A DNA stretch of 63,996 nt, counting the filler, from Folioceros fuciformis (lineage: Eukaryota): NCBI GenBank assembly GCA_049999805.1. It is 13 parts of 13 records of this genome, joined end to end, with 100 filler letters (N's around TTAATTAATTAA, not from the genome) between each part and the next. Parts side by side here need not be neighbours in the genome. Positions count along the whole stretch, not along the records: positions 57,325 to 62,861 come from JBNGIO010007234.1; positions 62,962 to 63,996 come from JBNGIO010007235.1; 11 more parts are not named here. One strand, 5' to 3'. The position numbers were made by a program, and so were the translations under genes. Every line of letters begins with the position of its first letter. Position 1 is the first letter of the stretch. The notes beneath the pieces are model-generated. The model was not told the DNA's origin. It was given only the letters and a program-made list of their open reading frames with translations, and ran no database searches. This document shows, piece by piece, positions 62,505 through 63,996 of the stretch.

Positions 62505-62861
62505 CTACCAAACTAGATACATAATGTTTGAGGGGCTTGGGGCTCTTCCCCAAAAATGGTAGAGATTGACTCTAAAATCTGCTCTACAGGTTCGGGGACA
62601 ACCATTAAACCAAAACACAGGATCACAACGAGAAACCACAGCCACTTTTGGTGATATTGGTCTATCCACAAGGTAAGGTTCTAAGCTGGCTGAAAGTTGT
62701 TGTAATTTAGTGCTTAGAGTGCTAATCTGAGAATTGAGATAGGTTATATCTCTATGGTGGCTAACCTTATTATCAAATGCCTGGTCTTCAAGGAGTTCAA
62801 TTCTGTATATCAGGTGTTTTAGATCAACAGGGGATGGATTGGTCACAAATCGTGAGGTACA
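62505..62861 (-). CDS. Extra sense ORF upstream of gag in copia G (5' truncated by gap)
   Basis: LKHLIYRIELLE..LNSQISTLSTKLQQLSASL heptad pattern. Confidence 0.45.
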   Translation of the reverse strand, partial: CTSRFVTNPSPVDLKHLIYRIELLEDQAFDNKVSHHRDITYLNSQISTLSTKLQQLSASLEPYLVDRPISPKVAVVSRCDPVFWFNGCPRTCRADFRVNLYHFWGRAPSPSNIMYLVW

Positions 62862-62961
62862 NNNNNNNNNNNNNNNNNNNNNNNNNNNNNNNNNNNNNNN
62901 NNNNNTTAATTAATTAANNNNNNNNNNNNNNNNNNNNNNNNNNNNNNNNNNNNNNNNNNNN

Positions 62962-63996
62962 TGCCTCCTTGCACATGTGGAAGCCGGTCAGGGAAGTCAA
63001 GTGGAAGCTAGAGGAGCCAAAGGAAGAAGCCGAATCCAGCAGCTAGGAATCAGGGGCCACGGGGAGCTTAGAGGAGGAAGCAACGGCCAGTAGGAAGAGG
63101 AAAGTAGGAGCGGGGCGGAAGACCCCTGCGAAGAAGAGGAAGGTGGGTGGCCGTGCCGCCAAAATTACAGGAGAGTTGGCGCTGCAGGAGGTTGTCCAGA
63201 AGGTGGGTGACAGGCCATTAAATGCACCTCAGGAAATGGTGTCAGGAGAGGGAGCAGGTCCGGTTGAGGTGACAGGCAAGTTAGGGCAAACATAGGAGGA
63301 AGAACCCTTCCTAGGATGGGAGGAGATTTTCAAGAACATTCCTAGGGTGACCAAGTTGCAGGAGGAGTATCTAGCTAGAGTACGCACGTTGCTGGGAAGG
63401 CAAATTTTGGACAAGAAGATGGCCACTGGAGGCGCACCCCAATAGGTGGATTTGCCAAGCCTGCCTGCGACCATGGTTCGGGTACAGGAGGATATGTTAG
63501 ACCAAGCTGCACGGGCGTTGACATGGTTGAGTATGCAAGGGTAGAAGGAGAAAGAGACACAGGCCAAGCTGACTGAGGCCAAAGCGAGTCAACAACAACT
63601 GGAGGAGGTTCGACAAGCCCTGGGTGCAGCCAAGGAACAAGCGCATGAAGAAGCATGTCAAGCCCGAGAGAAGATGCAGATGCTGAAGGAACAGCAGGAG
63701 TTGCTCCTAACTCAAGTCAGGGAGACCCATGGAGCCAATCAAGAAATGCAACAAGAGATCTTGCGGGCCCAGGAGCTGGAAGCGGCTTCAGTGGAAAAAG
63801 TGCAAAAACTGGCAGACAGGTATAAGCGGGAATGGGACGAAGCTCGAAGTCGGGTGAAAGGAAAAGGAAAGGCTAGGTGAAGTAGCAGAACTGCGATGGA
63901 GGTAGCCAAAGAGGCTACCGATCAGAGAGGCCACGCTGGTAAAGGATAGCCCGACCAAGGTAGAGGAGGCAGCAACCGTCGAGGAGCCTGCAACCG
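62962..63996 (+). pseudogene. Paralog of the 31.5-kb accessory protein, C-terminal coiled-coil half
   Basis: ASLHMWKPVREVKWK, GWEEIF and LLGRQI..VDLP match ASLHLWKPVRDVKWK, GWEDIF and LLGRQI..VDLP at 32.1-32.7 kb. Several TAG stops. Confidence 0.75.

Larger units (their letters stand above)
57325..62861 (-). mobile_element. Ty1/copia element (copia G), 5' end and most of the 3' LTR lost in gaps
   Basis: Complete gag-pol, PPT GAGGGGGCG at 57372-57380, LTR start at 57371. Confidence 0.95.

Overview
Plant nuclear DNA, probably from a non-seed land plant (inferred, species not identifiable), in a fragmented assembly. Twelve artificial N..TTAATTAATTAA..N contig linkers and two plain N gaps make adjacency across them unreliable. 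Most of the window is nested retroelements: several Ty1/copia elements (two full-length with paired LTRs, PBS, PPT and TSD), solo LTRs, a 5'-truncated L1-type LINE with a 15-bp TSD, and Ty3/gypsy fragments with accessory ORFs. Host-derived content is a U2 snRNA gene with plant USE/TATA/3'-box signals, plus decayed fragments of a class-3 starch branching enzyme gene (abutting a non-specific phospholipase C 3' end), a PLS-type PPR gene and a CRTAC1/FG-GAP-like gene. The most unusual signal is at about 15.6-19.2 kb. There a decayed Sola/DUF7869-like DDD transposase sits divergently next to a prokaryote-type beta-class N4-cytosine/N6-adenine DNA methyltransferase gene, and six copies of a 22-bp palindrome occur on both sides of the 10-N gap between them. 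This looks like a DNA transposon carrying its own amino-methyltransferase. A second signal is a short coiled-coil ORF upstream of gag in four related copia elements. All family assignments come from recognising motifs by eye; no database search was run.
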